Assembly (NCBI RefSeq): GCF_001194135.2
Contig: NC_069004.1
Coordinates: 2,687,955-2,724,107, forward strand
Direction of reading: 5' to 3'
Source of the DNA: Octopus bimaculoides
Lineage: Eukaryota
Length of the DNA: 36,153 bases
A program made the position numbers and the translations under genes. This document shows, one piece after another, positions 33,562 to 36,153 of this stretch; the first letter of the stretch is position 1, and the number at the start of each line of letters is the position of its first letter. The notes beneath the pieces were generated by a model. That model did no database searches and had not been told where the DNA came from. It saw nothing but the letters and a program-made list of their open reading frames with translations.

Positions 33562-34453
33562 NNNNNNNNNNNNNNNNNNNNNNNNNNNNNNNNNNNNNNN
33601 NNNNNNNNNNNNNNNNNNNNNNNNNNNNNNNNNNNNNNNNNNNNNNNNNNNNNNNNNNNNNNNNNNNNNNNNNNNNNNNNNNNNNNNNNNNNNNNNNNNN
33701 NNNNNNNNNNNNNNNNNNNNNNNNNNNNNNNNNNNNNNNNNNNNNNNNNNNNNNNNNNNNNNNNNNNNNNNNNNNNNNNNNNNNNNNNNNNNNNNNNNNN
33801 NNNNNNNNNNNNNNNNNNNNNNNNNNNNNNNNNNNNNNNNNNNNNNNNNNNNNNNNNNNNNNNNNNNNNNNNNNNNNNNNNNNNNNNNNNNNNNNNNNNN
33901 NNNNNNNNNNNNNNNNNNNNNNNNNNNNNNNNNNNNNNNNNNNNNNNNNNNNNNNNNNNNNNNNNNNNNNNNNNNNNNNNNNNNNNNNNNNNNNNNNNNN
34001 NNNNNNNNNNNNNNNNNNNNNNNNNNNNNNNNNNNNNNNNNNNNNNNNNNNNNNNNNNNNNNNNNNNNNNNNNNNNNNNNNNNNNNNNNNNNNNNNNNNN
34101 NNNNNNNNNNNNNNNNNNNNNNNNNNNNNNNNNNNNNNNNNNNNNNNNNNNNNNNNNNNNNNNNNNNNNNNNNNNNNNNNNNNNNNNNNNNNNNNNNNNN
34201 NNNNNNNNNNNNNNNNNNNNNNNNNNNNNNNNNNNNNNNNNNNNNNNNNNNNNNNNNNNNNNNNNNNNNNNNNNNNNNNNNNNNNNNNNNNNNNNNNNNN
34301 NNNNNNNNNNNNNNNNNNNNNNNNNNNNNNNNNNNNNNNNNNNNNNNNNNNNNNNNNNNNNNNNNNNNNNNNNNNNNNNNNNNNNNTATATATATATATG
34401 TATTTGTACGTGTATATATATACACATACACACACACACACATATATATGTAC

Positions 34454-34486
<33 letters not shown>

Positions 34487-34499
34487 TACACACATAGAA

Positions 34500-34822
34500 G
34501 TGGGCGTGGCTGTGTGGTAAGAAGTTCCGGGTTCAGTCCCTCTGCGTAGTACCTTGGGCAAGTGTCTTCTCCTATAGCCCCGGGCCGACCAAAGCCTCGT
34601 GAGTGGATTTGGTAGACGAAATCTGAAAGAAGCCCGTTGTATATTTGTGCGCGTGTCCGTGTTTGTCCTCCCCTACCCCTCCGCCATCGCCTGACAACCG
34701 AAACTGGTGTGTTTACGTCTCCGGAGTCGATAAATCAAGTACCAGTGAAATTCTGGGGTCGATGTAATCGACTAGTATCCTTACCCAAAACTTCAGGCCT
34801 CGTGCCTATAATTGAAAGGGTT
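34500..34822 (+). mobile_element. Chimeric SINE: family B 5' part joined to a family A 3' part
   Basis: B head, core and GGTGTGTTTACGTC to ~34720, then GTCGATAAATCAAGTACCAGTGAAA...CAGGCCTCGTGCCTAT of A type. Confidence 0.7.
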
Positions 34823-34879
34823 GTGTATCATTTTAGAGAGAATGACTTTGACAGGGAGTGCAGTAGCAAGACATAGTGG

Positions 34880-34970
34880 GGTGTTTTGGACGATATGATA
34901 TTTGGCTGCCGTGAACTACATCGTGAGAGAAGGCCAACAAAAAACAGACGACAGTTACATGCACTCATTG
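34880..34970 (+). pseudogene. Possible RTE reverse-transcriptase fragment
   Basis: DDMIFGCRELH...NRRQLHALI resembles DMIF..RQLQEK..EQN..L...FID; short and degraded. Confidence 0.35.
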
Positions 34971-35431
34971 GAAATCACTCTGACGTGTTTGGAAAAAATA
35001 CAAACTGGAACTTCATCGAAGATATATCACCGCTGTCTTTTTCAACCCACTTAATGAGGGAGCGGTCACAGTAAGATCAATAAAACTGGATAATTTATCC
35101 TGTTTAACGACTATTATAATGATAATTATTTAAAGTTGTCTTCTAATTTCGTCATAACGTCAGATAACAATGTGTAACATTATATAACGTAAGGTTATTT
35201 AAAGTTAAGCGCTAGAAGGGTGCGACTACAAGTTTCTGGATTTTCCAAAACATTCATATTCTTCGCAGCTCTGTTAAAAATAATGTAACGAGTTCTTATC
35301 TTTCTCTGTTCATGCTATATTATAAAGACATCGCGTAGCAGTTTCAGTTAGTGGTATATTTTTAGGAACGTAATTTCCCAGAGTGCTAGTTGAAGTCTAC
35401 GTATATATATATATATATATAAAGTGTATGT

Positions 35432-35880
35432 TTAAGATTGTCTTTGAAACACTTGTGTAGCTTAACACTGAGGACATTTTCGTTTTCCTTGTTCCAGAGC
35501 CCACTATATAACACTTGTTTTGCCATGCGAATGTCCTCAAAACGGACAAGTCGACCATCGACGTTTGCGTGTCATAATCAGAGACTCGACACTCGTCATT
35601 TTGGTTTTGGTCAGCTGCAGTTCTTTCATATCAGCTACATGAGGTTGCTATAAGATCCTCAGGACACTACGCAAATATCGCTAGTGAAATCGCTCGAGAC
35701 GTTAAATATGACTGCAGCAGTTTGTCCATGTCTCACAACCATACGACAACGCTGTTAAGACACATGTCTGACAGACGACAACTGTCGTTGCTGCTTTGGT
35801 GTACAGAAGATAAACTGAAGATAAACGATTGAGATCAGAACATCGATTCAAGCTTTCTAAATGTATCACAGGCCTTAGAA
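35432..35880 (-). pseudogene. Decayed RTE-clade LINE ORF, RT C-terminal region
   Basis: VCQTCVLTALSYGCETWTNCCSHI*RLERFH*RYLRSVLRIL*QPHVADMKEL...MTSVESLIMTRKRRW/LVRFEDIRMAKQVLY/EQGKRK/FKDNLK matches RTE: VL..LLYGCETW....HI..LERFHQRCLR.IL.I.WQD.V. Confidence 0.85.
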
Positions 35881-36065
35881 AGTCTATAACTGACTTTCTC
35901 ATCCAAGTGTATTAAACATAGACATTCCAAGTACGATCATTCCATAGAAATAAGTACCAGGCTTTAAAAAAATTGTACAGGGGTCGATTCATTCGACTGA
36001 ACCCTTCAATGCGATGCTCCAGCATGACCGCAATCTAATGGCTGAAACAAGATAAAAAATAAAAG

Positions 36066-36101
<36 letters not shown>

Positions 36102-36153
36102 GGGGAGAGGGAAACAAACTGGCAGAAGACAGACAGACAGACAGATATATATA

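Noticed and set aside
1949-34561. Long ORFs spanning N-runs
   Set aside because: They are open only because N codons contain no stops; the ends are microsatellite translations.

Overview
Repeat-dense eukaryotic DNA from a fragmented draft assembly, with 12 N-gaps totalling about 5.9 kb. The SINE families and the extreme (TA/TG/GATA/AAT/CAT)n microsatellite load point to an octopus; this is recognition from memory, not a database result. I cannot identify any host protein-coding gene with confidence, and nearly all ORFs in the supplied track are microsatellite or gap artefacts. The supportable content is transposon debris. It includes decayed Tc1/mariner-superfamily transposases of about four types (one with an internal segment inverted in place), a 5'-truncated R4/Dong-type retrotransposon (restriction-like endonuclease domain), RTE-type LINE fragments, hAT-type MITEs and many tRNA-derived SINEs of at least three modular families. 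The most unusual signal is a ~190-bp non-coding repeat carrying a 36-nt minimal hammerhead-ribozyme motif of the Penelope-associated, dimer-cleaving type, present in two copies (6006-6041 +, 11453-11488 -). A few unique islands (4.2-4.4 kb, 6.3-6.5 kb, 24.9 kb, 26.4-26.5 kb) look exon-like but remain low-confidence candidates.
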